Of a stretch of 64,000 nucleotides of DNA, positions 15,401-30,870 are shown piece after piece; position 1 is the first letter of the stretch; every line of letters begins with the position of its first letter. This stretch comes from Eledone cirrhosa (lineage: Eukaryota). A program made the position numbers and the translations under genes. Location: contig OZ024743.1 in the NCBI GenBank assembly GCA_964016885.1, positions 131,440,001-131,504,000 of the forward strand, read 5' to 3'. The notes beneath the pieces were generated by a model that was not told the DNA's origin, made no database searches, and saw only the letters and a program-made list of their open reading frames with translations.

Positions 15401-18400
15401 ACACCAAGCGCCAAGCACCAAACACCAAACACCAAGCACCAATCACCAAACACCAAGCACCAAGCGCCAAACACCAAACACCAAACTCCTAGCACCAAGC
15501 ACTAAGCACCAAACACCAAGCACCAAACACCAAGCACCAAGCACCAAGCACCAAGCACCAAACACCAATCACCAAGCCCCACGCACCAAACACCAAGCAC
15601 CAAGCACCAAGCACCCAGAACCAAGCACCAAGCAACAAACACCAAACACCAAGCACCAAGCACCAAACACCAAACACCAAGCACCAAGCAGCAAGCACCA
15701 AGCACCAAACACCATACACCAAGCACGAAGCACCAAACACCAAAAACCAATCACCAAGCACCAAAGAGCAAACACCAAGCCCCAAGTACCAAACACCAAA
15801 CACCAAACACCAAACAGCAAACACTAAACACCAAACTCCAAACAGCAAGCACCAAACACCAAATATCAAACACCAACCAGCAAACACCAAACAGCAAACA
15901 CCAAACAGCAAACACCAAACAGCAAACAGAAAACACCAAACACCAACCAGCAAACACCAAGCACCAAACACCAAACAGCAAACGCCAAAAAGCAAATGCC
16001 AAACCCCATACGCCAAACAGCAAATGCCAAATCCCAAACGCCAAACAGCAAACGCCAAGCGCCAAACACCAAACACCAAGCGCCAAGCACCAAACACCAA
16101 ACACCAAGCACCAAGCACCAAACACCAAACACCAAGCACCAATCACCAAACACCAAGCACCAATCGCCAAACACCAAACACCAAACTCCTAGCACCAAGC
16201 ACCAAGCACCAAACACCAAGCACCAAACACCAAGCACCAAGCACCAAGCACCAAGCACCAAACACCAATCACCAAGCCCCAAGCACCAAATAACAAGCAC
16301 CAAGCACCAAGCACCCAGAACCAAGCACCAAGCACCAAGCTCCAAGCACCAAGCACCAAGCACCAAACACCAAACACCAAGCACCAAGCACCAAACACCA
16401 AGCACCAAGCGCCAAACACCAAACACCAAGAACAAAGTACCAAACACCAAGCACCAACCACCAAGCACAAAACACCAAGCACCAAGCACCAAGCACCAAA
16501 CACCAAGCACCAAGCACCAAGCACCAAACACCAAACACCAAGCACCAAGCACCAAGCAACAAGCACCAAACACCAAACAGCAAACACCAAACAGCAAACA
16601 GCAAACAGCAAACACCAAACACCAAACACCAAGCACCAAACACCAAGCACCAAGCAACAAGCACCAATCAGCAAGCAGCAAGCACTAAACACCAAACACC
16701 AAGCACCAAGCACCATGCACCAAACACCAAGCATGAAGCACCAATCACCAAACGCCAAGCACCAAGCAACAAACACCAAGCACCAAGCACCAAGCACCAA
16801 GCACCAAACACCAAGCACCAAAGACCAAGCACCAAATACCAAGCACCAAGCACCAAACACCAATCACCAAGCCCCAAGCACCAAACACCAAGAATTAAGC
16901 ACCAATCACTAAACACCAAACACCAAGCACCAAGCACCAAACTCCAAACACCAAACACCAAGCACCAAGCACCAAATCCCAAGCACCAAACACCAAGCAC
17001 CAAGCACCAAACACCAAACACCAAGCACCAAGCACCAGACACCAAGCACCAAGCACCAAGCACCAAGCACCAACAACCAAGCACCAAGCTCCAAGCACCA
17101 AACACCAAGCACCAAACACCAAACACCAAGCACCAAGCACCAAGCACCAAGCACCAAGCGCCAAACACCAAACACCAAGAACAAAGTACCAAACACCAAC
17201 CACCAACCACCAAGCACAAAACACCAAGCACCAAGCACCAATCACCAAACACCAAGCACCAAGCACCAAACACCAAACACCAAGCACCAAGCACCAAACA
17301 CCAAACACCAAGCCCCAAGCACCAAACACCAAATACCAAGCACCAAGCACCAAGCACCAAGCACCAAACACCAAGCACCAAACACCAAACACCAAGCACC
17401 AAGCACGAAACACCAAGCACCAAGCGCCAAACACCAAACACCAAGCACCAAGCACCAAATACCAAGCACCAAGCACAAAGAACCAAGCACCAAACACCAA
17501 ACAGCAAACAGCAAACACCAAACACCAAACACCAAACAGCAAACAGCAAACACCAAACCGCAAACACCAAACAGCAAACACCAAACACCAAACACCAACC
17601 AGCAAACACCAAACACCAAACACCAAACAGCAAACGCCAAACATCAAACGCAAAACACCAAACGCCAAACAGCAAACGCCAAACACCAAACGCCAAACAG
17701 CAAGCACCAAGCACTAAACACCAAACACCAAGCACCAAACACCAAACACCAAGCACCAAGCACCAAACACCAAACACCAAGCACCAAGCACCAAACACCA
17801 AACACCAAGCACCAAGCACCAAACACCAAACACCAAGCACCAAGCACCAAGCACCAAACACCAAGCACCAAGCACCAAACACGAAGCACCAAACACCAGG
17901 CACCAAGCACCAAGCACCAAACACCAAGCACCAAACAGCAAGCACCAAACACCAAGCACCAAGCACCAAAACACCAAAAACCAAGCACCAAGCACTAAAC
18001 ACCAAGCACCAAGCACCAAGCATCAAACACCAAGCACCAAGCACCAAGCACCAAACACCAAGCACCAAGCACCAGGCACCAAGCCCCAAACACCAAGCAT
18101 CAAGCACCAAACAGCAAACACCAAGCACCAAACACCAAGCATCAAGCACCAAGCACCAAGCACCAAGCACCAAACACCAAGCACCAAGCACCAGGCACCA
18201 AACACCAAACACCAAGCACCAAGCACCAAACACCAAACACCAAGCACCAAGCACCAAACACCAAACCACAAACACCAAACAGCAAACACCAAACAGCAAA
18301 CAGCAAACACCAAACACCAAACAGCAAACGCCAAAAAGCAAATGCCAAACCCCATACGCCAAACAGCAAATGCCAAACCCCAAACGCCAAACAGCAAACG

Positions 18401-19450
18401 CCAAGCACCAAACACCAAACACCAAGCACCAAGCACTAAGCACCAAACACCAAGCACCAAACACCAAGCACCAAGCACCAAGCACCAAGCACCAAACACC
18501 AATCACCAAGCCCCACGCACCAAACACAAAGCACCAAGCACCAAGCACCCAGAACCAAACACCAAACACCAAGCACCAAGCACCAAACACCAAACACCAA
18601 GCACCAAGCAGCAAGCACCAAGCACCAAACACCATACACCAAGCACGAAGCACCAAACACCAAAAACCAATCACCAAGCACCAAAGAGCAAACACCAAGC
18701 CCCAAGTACCAAACACCAAACACCAAACACCAAACAGCAAACACTAAACACCAAACTCCAAACAGCAAACACCAAACACCAAATATCAAACACCAAATAT
18801 CAAACACCAACCAGCAAACACCAAACAGCAAACACCAAACAGCAAACACCAAACAGCAAACAGAAAACACCAAACACCAACCAGCAAACACTAAGCACCA
18901 AACACCAAACAGCAAACGCCAAAAAGCAAATGCCAAACCCCATACGCCAAACAGCAAATGCCAAATCCCAAACGCCAAACAGCAAACGCCAAGCGCCAAA
19001 CACCAAACACCAAGCGCCAAGCACCAAACACCAAACACCAAGCACCAAGCACCAAACACCAAACACCAAGCACCAATCACCAAACACCAAGCACCAATCG
19101 CCAAACACCAAACACCAAACTCCTAGCACCAAGCACCAAGCACCAAACACCAAGCACCAAACACCAAGCACCAAGCACCAAGCACCAAGCACCAAACACC
19201 AATCACCAAGCCCCAAGCACCAAATAACAAGCACCAAGCACCAAGCACCCAGAACCAAGCACCAAGCACCAAGCTCCAAGCACCAAGCACCAAGCACCAA
19301 ACACCAAACACCAAGCACCAAGCACCAAACACCAAGCACCAAGCGCCAAACACCAAACACCAAGAACAAAGTACCAAACACCAAGCACCAACCACCAAGC
19401 ACAAAACACCAAGCACCAAGCACCAAGCACCAAACACCAAGCACCAAGCA
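15400..19450 (+). repeat. Re-shuffled copies of earlier domain A blocks (offsets 5156, 8202/8174 and 2934)
   Basis: Matching ORF pairs: 10333..10986 vs 15489..16142; 8513 vs 16715; 9470..9817 vs 17644..17991; 16024..16293 vs 18958..19227. Confidence 0.85.
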
Positions 19451-21999
19451 CCAAGCAGCAAACACCAAACACCAAGCGCCAAGCGCCAAACACCAAATAC
19501 CAAGCACCAAGCACTAAACACCAAACACCAAGCACCAAGCACCAAGCACCAAGCACCAAGCACCAAACACCAAGTACCAAGCACCAAGCACCAAACACCA
19601 AACACCAAACACCAAGCACCAAGCACCAAACACCAAACACCAAGCACCAAGCACCAGACACCAAGCACCAAGCACCAAGCACCAATCACCAAACACCAAG
19701 CACGAAGCACCAAACACCAAACACCAAGCACCAAGCACCAAACACCAAATACCAAGCACGAAGCACCAAGCACCAAGCACCAAATACCAAACACCAAGCA
19801 ACAAGCACCAAACACCAAACACCAAACACCAGGCACCAAGCACCAAGCACCAAGCACCAAGCAAAAAACACAAAGCACCAAGCACCAAGCACCAAACACC
19901 AAACACCAAACACCAGGCACCAAGCACCAAGCAGCAAGCACCAAGCACCAAGCACAAAGCACCAAACACCAAACACCAAGCACTAAGCACCAAACACCAA
20001 ACACCAAGCACAAAGCACCAAAGAGCAGAAACAAAGCACCAAGCACCAAACACCAAACACCAAACACCAAACACCAAACAGCAAACACCAAACAGCAAAA
20101 ACCAAACAGCAAACAGCAAACACCAAACACCAAACACCAAGCACCAAGTACCAAGCACCAAACAACAACACCAAGCACCAAGCACCAAACACCACGCACC
20201 AAGCACCAAACACCAAACACCAAGCTCCAAGCACCAAACACCAAACACCAAGCACCAAGCAGCAAACACCAATCACCAAGCATCAAGCACCAAACACCAA
20301 GCACCAAACACCAAGCACCAATCACCAAACACCAAACACCAAGAACCAAGCACCAAACACCAAACACCAAGCACCTAGCACCAAACACCAAGCACCAAGC
20401 ACCAAGCAACAAACAGCAAGCACCAAGCACCAAACACCAAGCACCAAGCACGAAACACCAAGCACCAAGCACCGAGCACCAAACACCAAGTACCAAGCAC
20501 CAATCACCAAACACCAAGCACCAAGCACCAAACACCAAACACCAAACACCAAGCACCAAGCACCAAACACCAAACACCAAAAACCAAGCACCAAACACCA
20601 AATACCAAGCACCAAGCACCAAACACCAAGCACCAAGCACCAAGCACAAAACACCAAGCACCAAGCGCTAAACATAAAACACTAAGCACCAAGCACCAAG
20701 CACCAAGCACCAAACACCAAACATCAAACACCAATCACCAAACATCAAACAGCAAACACCAAACACCAAACACCAAACATCAAACAGCAAACAACAAACA
20801 ACAAATGCCAAACATCAAACGCCAAACACCAAACACCAAATAGCAAACACCAAACCGCAAACACCAAACACCAAACAGGAAACACCAAACACCAAACAGC
20901 GAACACCAAACAGCAAACACCAAACACCAAGCACCAAGCACCAAGCACCAAACACCAAGCACCAAGCACCAAACACCAAAAACCAAGCACCAAGCACTAA
21001 ACACCAAGCACCAAGCACCGAGCACCAAACACCAAGTACCAAGCAACAATCACCAAACACCAAGCACCAAGCACCAAACACCAAACACCAAACACCAAGC
21101 ACCAAGCACCAAACACCAAACACCAAGAACCAAGCACCAAAAACCAAACACCAGGCACCAAGGACCAAGCACCAAGCACCAAGCAAAAAACACAAAGCAC
21201 CAAGCACCAAGCACCAAACACCAAACACCAAACACCAGGCACCAAGCACCAAGCACCAAGCACAAAGCACCAAACATAAACACCAAGCACCAAACACCAA
21301 ACAGCAAACACCAAACAGCAAACACCAAACAGCAAACAGCAAACACCAAACACCAAACACCAAGCACCAAGTACCAAGCACCAAACAACAACACCAAGCA
21401 CCAAGCACCAAACACCAAGCACCAAACACCAAACACCAAACACCAAGCTCCAAGCACCAAACACCAAACACCAAGCACCAAGCAGCAAACACCAATCACC
21501 AAGCACCAAGCACCAAACACCAAGCACCAAACACCAAGCACCAATCACCAAACACCAAACACCAAGAACCAAGCACCAAACACAAAACACCAAGCACCAA
21601 GCACCAAACACCAAGCACCAAGCACCAAGCACCAAACACCAAACACCAAACACCAAGCACCTAGCACCAAACACCAAGCACCAAGCACCAAGCAACAAAC
21701 ACCAAGCACCAAGCACCAAACACCAAGCACCAAGCACGAAACACCAAGCACCAAGCACCGAGCACCAAACACCAAGTACCAAGCACCAATCACCAAACAC
21801 CAAGCACCAAGCACCAAACACCAAACACCAAACACCAAGCACCAAGCACCAAACACCAAACACCAAGAACCAAGCACCAAACACCAAATACCAAGCACCA
21901 AGCACCAAACACCAAGCACCAAGCACCAAGCACAAAACACCAAGCACCAAGCGCTAAACATAAAACACTAAGCACCAAGCACCAAGCACCAAGCACCAA

Positions 22000-24900
22000 A
22001 CACCAAACATCAAACACCAATCACCAAACATCAAACAGCAAACACCAAACACCAAACACCAAACATCAAACGCCAAACACCAAACACCAAATAGCAAACA
22101 CCAAACCGCAAACACCAAACACCAAACAGGAAACACCAAACACCAAACAGCGAACAACAAACAGCAAACACCAAACACCAAGCACCAAGCACCAAGCACA
22201 AAAGACCAAGCACCAAGCGCCAAACACCAAACACCAAGCACCAAGCACCAAACACCAAGCACGAAACACCAAACACCAATCACCAACCGCCAAACACCAA
22301 ATACCAAGCACCAAGCACTAAACACCAAACACCAAGCACCAAGCACCAAGCATGAAGCACCAAGCACCAAACACCAAGCACCAAGCACCAAGCACCAAGC
22401 ACCAAACACAAAACACCAAGTACCAAGCACCAAGCACCAAACACCAAACACCAAACACCAAGCACCAAGCACCAAACACCAAACACCAAGCACCAAGCAC
22501 CAGACACCAAGCACCAAGCACCAAGCACCAATCACCAAACACCAAGCACTAAGCACCAAATACCAAACACCAAGCTCCAAGCACCAAACACCAAACACCA
22601 AGCACCAAGCACCAAACCTCAATCACCAAGCACCAAGCACCAAACCCCAAGCACCAACCACCAAGCACCAATCACCAAACACCAAACACCAAGAACCAAG
22701 CACCAAACACAAAACACCAAGCACCAAGCACCAAACACCAAGCACCAAGTACCAAACACCAAACACCAAGCACCAAGCACCAAACACCAAACACCAAGCA
22801 CCAAGCACCAAACACTAAACACCAGGCTCCAAGCACAAAACACCAAGCACCAAGCACCAAGCACCAAACACCAAACACCAAACACCAAGCACCGAGCACC
22901 AAACACCAAGCACCAAGCACCAAGCAACAAACAACAAGCACCAAGCACCAAACACCAAGCACCAAGCACCAAGCACCAAATACCAAACACCAAGCACCAA
23001 GCACCAAGCACCAAGCACCAAGCACCAGACACGAAGCACCAAGCACCAAGCACCAAGCATCAAGCACCAAATACCAAACACCAAGCACCAAGCACCACGC
23101 ACCAAACACCAAGCACCAAGCACCAAACACCAAACACCAAACACCAGGCACCAAGCACCAATCACCAAGCACCAAGCCAAAAACACAATGCACCAAGCAC
23201 CAAGCACCAAACACCAAACACCAAACACCAGGCACCAAGCACCAAGCAGCAAGCACCAAGCACCAAGCACCAAGCACCAAACACCAAACACCAAGCACCA
23301 AGCACCAAACACCAAACACCAAGCCCAAAGCACCAAAGAGCAAAAACAAAACACCAAGCACCAAACACCAAACACCAAGCACCAAACACCAAACACCAAG
23401 CACCAAGCACTAAACACCAAACACCAAGCAGCAAGCACCAAGCACCAAACACCAAGCACCAAGCACCAAGCACCAAACACCAAGCACCAAGCACCAAACA
23501 CCAAACACCAAGTGCCAAACACCAAGCACCAAACACCAAGCACCAAGCACCAAGCACCAGACACCAAGCACCAAGCACCAAGCACCAAACACCAAACACC
23601 AACCACCAAGTACCAAGCACCAAACACCAAGCACCAATCACCAAACACCAAGCACCAAGCACCAAGCAACAAACACCAAGCACCAAGCACTAAACACCAA
23701 GCAACAAGCACCAAGCATCAAGCACCAAGCACCAAGCACCAAGCACCAAACACCAAGCACCAAGCACCAAGCACCAAACACCAAGCACCAAGCACCAAAC
23801 AGCAAATACCAAGCACCAAACACCAAACACCAAGCACCAAGCACCAAACACCAAACACCAAGCACCAAACACCAAGCACCAAGTCCTAAGCACCCAACAC
23901 CAAGCACCAAGCACCAAACACCAAACACCAAGCACCAAGCACCAAGCACCATGCACCAAACACCAAGCACCAAGCACCAAACAGCAAACACCAAACAGCA
24001 AACACCAAACAGCAAACACCAAACAGCAAACACCAAACAGCAAACAGCAAACACCAAACACCAAACAGCAAACGCCAAAAAGCAAACGCCAAACCCCAAA
24101 CGCCAAACAGCAAATGCCAAACCCCAAATGCCAAACAGCAAACGCCAAGCACCAAACACCAAACACCTAGCACCAAGCACAAAACACCAAACACCAAGCA
24201 CCAAGCACCAAACACCAAACACCAAACACCAGGCACCAAGCACCAATCACCAAGCACCAAGCAAAAAACACAAATCACCAAGCACCAAGCACCAAACACC
24301 AAACACCAAACACCAGGCACCAAGCACCAAGCACCAAACACCAAACATCAAACACCAATCACCAAACATCAAACAGCAAACACCAAACACCAAACACCAA
24401 ACATCAAACACCAAACAGCAAACAACAAACAACAAATGCCAAACATCAAACGCCAAACACCAAACACCAAATAGCAAACACCAAACCGCAAACACCAAAC
24501 ACCAAACAGGAAACACCAAACACCAAACAGCGAACAACAAACAGCAAACACCAAACACCAAGCACCAAGCACCAAGCACAAAAGACCAAGCACCAAGCGC
24601 CAAACACCAAACACCAAGCACCAAGCACCAAACACCAAGCACCAAACACCAAACACCAATCACCAACCGCCAAACACCAAATACCAAGCACCAAGCACTA
24701 AACACCAAACACCAAGCACCAAGCACCAAGCATGAAGCACCAAGCACCAAACACCAAGCACCAAGCACCAAGCACCAAGCACCAAACACAAAACACCAAG
24801 TACCAAGCACCAAGCACCAAACACCAAACACCAAACACCAAGCACCAAGCACCAAACACCAAACACCAAGCACCAAGCACCAGACACCAAGCACCAAGCA

Positions 24901-26700
24901 CCAAGCACCAATCACCAAACACCAAGCACTAAGCACCAAATACCAAACACCAAGCTCCAAGCACCAAACACCAAACACCAAGCACCAAGCACCAAACCTC
25001 AATCACCAAGCACCAAGCACCAAACCCCAAGCACCAACCACCAAGCACCAATCACCAAACACCAAACACCAAGAACCAAGCACCAAACACAAAACACCAA
25101 GCACCAAGCACCAAACACCAAGCACCAAGCACCAAGCACCAAACACCAAGCACCAAGTACCAAACACCAAACACCAAGCACCAAGCACCAAACACCAAAC
25201 ACCAAGCACCAAGCACCAAACACTAAACACCAAGCTCCAAGCACAAAACACCAAGCACCAAGCACCAAGCACCAAACACCAAACACCAAACACCAAGCAC
25301 CGAGCACCAAACACCAAGCACCAAGCACCAAGCAACAAACAACAAGCACCAAGCACCAAACACCAAGCACCAAGCACCAAGCACCAAATACCAAACACCA
25401 AGCACCAAGCACCAAGCACCAAGCACCAAGCACCAGACACGAAGCACCAAGCACCAAGCACCAAGCATCAAGCACCAAATACCAAACACCAAGCACCAAG
25501 CACCACGCACCAAACACCAAGCACCAAGCACCAAGCACCAAACACCAAACACCAAACACCAGGCACCAAGCACCAATCACCAAGCACCAAGCCAAAAACA
25601 CAATGCACCAAGCACCAAGCACCAAACACCAAACACCAAACACCAGGCACCAAGCACCAAACACCAAACACCAAGCACCAAGCACCAAACACCAAACACC
25701 AAGCCCAAAGCACCAAAGAGCAAAAACAAAACACCAAGCACCAAACACCAAACACCAAGCACCAAACACCAAACACCAAGCACCAAGCACTAAACACCAA
25801 ACACCAAGCAGCAAGCACCAAGCACCAAACACCAAGCACCAAGCACCAAGCACCAAACACCAAGCACCAAGCACCAAACACCAAACACCAAGCACCAAAC
25901 ACCAAGCACCAAGCACCAAGCACCAGACACCAAGCACCAAGCACCAAGCACCAAACACCAAACACCAACCACCAAGTACCAAGCACCAAACACCAAGCAC
26001 CAATCACCAAACACCAAGCACCAAACACCAAGCACCAAGCACTAAACACCAAGCAACAAGCACCAAGCATCAAGCACCAAGCACCAAGCACCAAGCACCA
26101 AACACCAAGCACCAAGCACCAAGCACCAAACACCAAGCACCAAGCACCAAACAGAAAATACCAAGCACCAAACACCAAACACCAAGCACCAAGCACCAAA
26201 CACCAAACACCAAGCATCAAACACCAAGCACCAAGTCCCAAGCACCCAACACCAAGCACCAAGCACCAAACACCAAGCACCAAGCACCAAGCACCATGCA
26301 CCAAACACCAAGCACCAAGCACCAAACAGCAAACACCAAACAGCAAACACCAAACAGCAAACACCAAACAGCAAACACCAAACAGCAAACAGCAAACACC
26401 AAACACCAAACAGCAAACGCCAAAAAGCAAACGCCAAACCCCAAACGCCAAACAGCAAATGCCAAACCCCAAATGCCAAACAGCAAACGCCAAGCACCAA
26501 ACACCAAACACCTAGCACCAAGCACAAAACACCAAACACCAAGCACCAAGCACCAAACACCAAACACCAAACACCAGGCACCAAGCACCAATCACCAAGC
26601 ACCAAGCAAAAAACACAAATCACCAAGCACCAAGCACCAAACACCAAACACCAAACACCAGGCACCAAGCACCAAGCAGCAAGCACCAAGCACCAAGCAC
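22000..26700 (+). repeat. Tandem higher-order duplication, two copies of about 2.35-2.38 kb
   Basis: 22352..22552 vs 24732..24932 (offset 2380 = 340 units). The rare unit CCTCAAT occurs near 22617 and 24997. ORF ends 24166 vs 26511 (offset 2345). Confidence 0.9.
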
Positions 26701-26999
26701 CAAGCACCAAACACCAAACACCAAGCACTAAGCACCAAACACCAAACACCAAGCACAAAGCACCAAAGAGCAAAAACAAAGCACCAAGCACCAAACACCA
26801 AACACCAAACACCAAACACCAAACAGCAAACACCAAACAGCAAACACCAAACACCAAACACCAAGCACCAAGCACCAAGCACCAAACAACAACACCAAGC
26901 ACCAAGCACCAAACACCAAGCATGAAGCACCAAACACCAAACACCAAGCTCCAAGCACCAAACACCATACACCAAGCACCAAGCACCAAACACCAATCA

Positions 27000-29900
27000 C
27001 CAAGCACCAAGCACCAAACCCCAAGCACCAAACACCAAGCACCAATCACCAAATACCAAACACCAAGAACCAAGCACCAAACACAAAACACCAAGCACCA
27101 AGCACCAAACACCAAACACCAAGCACCAAGCACCAAACACCAAACACCAGGCTCAAAGCACAAAACACCAAGCACCAAGCACCAAGCACCAAGCACCAAA
27201 CACCAAACACCAAACACCAAGCACCAAGCACCAAACACCAAGCACCAAGCACCAAGCAACAAACACCAAGCACCAAGCACCAAACACCAAGCAGCAAGCA
27301 CGAAACACCAAGCACCAAGCACCGAGCACCAAACACCAAGTACCAAGCACCAATCACCAAACACCAAGCACCAAGCACCAAACACCAAACACCAAACACC
27401 AAGCACCAAGCACCAAACACCAAATACCAAGCACCAAGCACTAAGCACCAAACACCAAGCACCAAGCACCAAGCATCAAGCACCAAGCACCAAACACCAA
27501 GCACCAAGCACCAAGCACCAAGCACCAAACACAAAACACCAAGTACCAAGCACCAAGCACCAAACACCAAACACCAAACACCAAGCACCAAGCACCAATC
27601 ACCAAGCACCAAGCACCAAACCCCAAGCACCAAACACCAAGCACCAATCACCAAACACCAAACAGGAAACACCAAACACCAAACAGCGAAGAGCAAACAG
27701 CAAACACCAAACACCAAGCACCAAGCACAAAACACCAAGCACCAAGCGCCAAACACCAAACACCAAGCACCAAGCACCAAACACCAAGCACCAAACACCA
27801 AGCACCAATCACCAAACACCAAACACCAAGAACCAAACACCAAACACAAAACACCAAGCACCAAGCACCAAACACCAAGCACCAAGCACCAAGCACCAAA
27901 CACCAAACACCAAACACCAAGCACCTAGCACCAAACACCAAGCACCAAGCACCAAGCAACAAACACCAAGCACCAAGCACCAAACACCAAGCACCAAGCA
28001 CGAAACACCAAGCACCAAGCACCGAGCACCAAACACCAAGTACCAAGCACCAATCACCAAACACCAAGCACCAAGCACCAAACACCAAACACCAAACACC
28101 TAGCACCAAGCACCAAACACCAAACACCAAGAACCAAGCACCAAACACCAAATACCAAGCACCAAGCACTAAACACCAAACACCAAGCACCAAGCACCAA
28201 GCATCAAGCACCAAGCACCAAACACCAAGCACCAAGCACCAAGCACCAAGCACCAAACACAAAACACCAAGTACCAAGCACCAAGCACCAAACACCAAAC
28301 ACCAAACACCAAGCACCAAGCACCAAACACCAAATACCAAGCTCCAAGCACCAAACACCAAATACCAAGCACCAAGCGACAAACACCAATCACCAAGCAC
28401 CAAGCACCAAACCCCAAGCACCAAACACCAAGCACCAATCACCAAACACCAAACACCAAGAACCAAGCACCAAACACCAAGCACCAAGCACCAAGCACAA
28501 AACACCAAGCACCAAGCGCTAAACATAAAACACTAAGCACCAAGCACCAAGCACCAAGCACCAAACACCAAACATCAAACACCAATCACCAAACATCAAA
28601 CAGCAAACACCAAACACCAAACACCAAACATCAAACACCAAACAGCAAACAACAAACAACAAATGCCAAATTTCAAACGCCAAACACCAAACACCAAATA
28701 GCAAACACCTAACCGCAAACACCAAACACCAAACAGGAAACACCAAACACCAAACAGCGAACACCAAACAGCAAACACCAAACACCAAGCACCAAGCACC
28801 AAGCACAAAACACCAAGCACCAAGCCCCAAACACCAAACACCAAGCACCAAGCACCAAACACCAAGCACCAAACACCAAACACCAATCACCAAGGGCCAA
28901 ACACCAAATACCAAGCACCAAGCACTAAACACCAAACACCAAGCACCAAACACCAAGCATGAAGCACCAAACACCAAACACCAAGCTCCAAGCACCAAAC
29001 ACCAATCACCAAGCACCAAGCACCAAACCCCAAGCACCAAACACCAAGCACCAATCACCAAACACCAAACACCAAGAACCAAGCACCAAACACAAAACAC
29101 CAAGCACCAAGCACCAAACACCAAACACCAAGCACCAAGCACCAAACACCAAACACCAGGCTCCAAGCACAAAACACCAAGCACCAAGCACCAAGCACCA
29201 AGCACCAAACACCAAACACCAAACACCAAGCACCAAGCACCAAACACCAAGCACCAAGCACCAAGCAACAAACACCAAGCACCAAGCACCAAACACCAAG
29301 CAGCAAGCACGAAACACCAAGCACCAAGCACCGAGCACCAAACACCAAGTACCAAGCACCAATCACCAAACACCAAGCACCAAGCACCAAACACCAAACA
29401 CCAAACACCAAGCACCAAGCACCAAACACCAAATACCAAGCACCAAGCACTAAGCACCAAACACCAAGCACCAAGCACCAAGCATCAAGCACCAAGCACC
29501 AAACACCAAGCACCAAGCACCAAGCACGAAGCACCAAACACAAAACACCAAGTACCAAGCACCAAGCACCAAACACCAAACACCAAACACCAAGCACCAA
29601 GCACCAATCACCAAGCACCAAGCACCAAACCCCAAGCACCAAACACCAAGCACCAATCACCAAACACCAAACACCAAGAACCAAGCACCAAACACCAAGC
29701 ACCAAGCACCAAGCACAAAACACCAAGCACCAAGCGCTAAACATAAAACACTAAGCACCAAGCACCAAGCACCAAGCACCAAACACCAAACATCAAACAC
29801 CAATCACCAAACATCAAACAGCAAACACCAAACACCAAACACCAAACATCAAACACCAAATAGCAAACACCAAACCGCAAACACCAAACACCAAACAGGA

Positions 29901-30870
29901 AACACCAAACACCAAACAGCGAACAGCAAACAGCAAACACCAAACACCAAGCACCAAGCACAAAACACCAAGCACCAAGCGCCAAACACCAAACACCAAG
30001 CACCAAGCACCAAACACCAAGCACCAAACACCAAGCACCAATCACCAAACACCAAACACCAAGAACCAAACACCAAACACAAAAAAACCAAGCACCAAGC
30101 ACCAAACACCAAGCACCAAGCACCAAGCACCAAACACCAAACACCAAACACCAAGCACCTAGCACCAAACACCAAGCACCAAGCACCAAGCAACAAACAC
30201 CAAGCACCAAGCACCAAACACCAAGCACCAAGCACGAAACACCAAGCACCAAGCACCGAGCACCAAACACCAAGTACCAAGCACCAATCACCAAACACCA
30301 AGCACCAAGCACCAAACACCAAACACCAAACACCTAGCACCAAGCACCAAACACCAAACACCAAGAACCAAGCACCAAACACCAAATACCAAGCACCAAG
30401 CACTAAACACCAAACACCAAGCACCAAGCACCAAGCATCAAGCACCAAGCACCAAACACCAAGCACCAAGCACCAAGCACCAAGCACCAAACACAAAACA
30501 CCAAGTACCAAGCACCAAGCACCAAACACCAAACACCAAACACCAAGCACCAAGCACCAAACACCAAATACCAAGCTCCAAGCACCAAACACCAAATACC
30601 AAGCACCAAGCAACAAACACCAATCACCAAGCACCAAGCACCAAACCCCAAGCACCAAACACCAAGCACCAATCACCAAACACCAAACACCAAGAACCAA
30701 GCACCAAACACCAAGCACCAAGCACCAAGCACAAAACACCAAGCACCAAGCGCTAAACATAAAACACTAAGCACCAAGCACCAAGCACCAAGCACCAAAC
30801 ACCAAACATCAAACACCAATCACCAAACATCAAACAGCAAACACCAAACACCAAACACCAAACATCAAAC
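27000..30870 (+). repeat. Duplicated blocks with offsets 2009 and 2234 bp
   Basis: 27441..27647 vs 29450..29656; 28169..28438 vs 30403..30672. Confidence 0.8.

Larger units (their letters stand above)
1..19500 (+). repeat. Satellite domain A (TATCAAA / AATTAAG / CCCTAAA marker subfamily)
   Basis: Marker TATCAAA occurs at 3560, 5930, 8223, 10708, 12151, 14521, 15864, 18784 and 18798, and I did not see it later. AATTAAG is at 8691, 15059 and 16893. CCCTAAA is at 4210, 6545 and 12801. CGCCAAA cassettes are frequent. The boundary is approximate. Confidence 0.75.

Noticed and set aside
16668-18740. Long hydrophobic minus-strand ORFs as membrane proteins
   Set aside because: They are the reverse-complement translation of the same repeat, with overlapping near-identical ORFs in all three minus frames.
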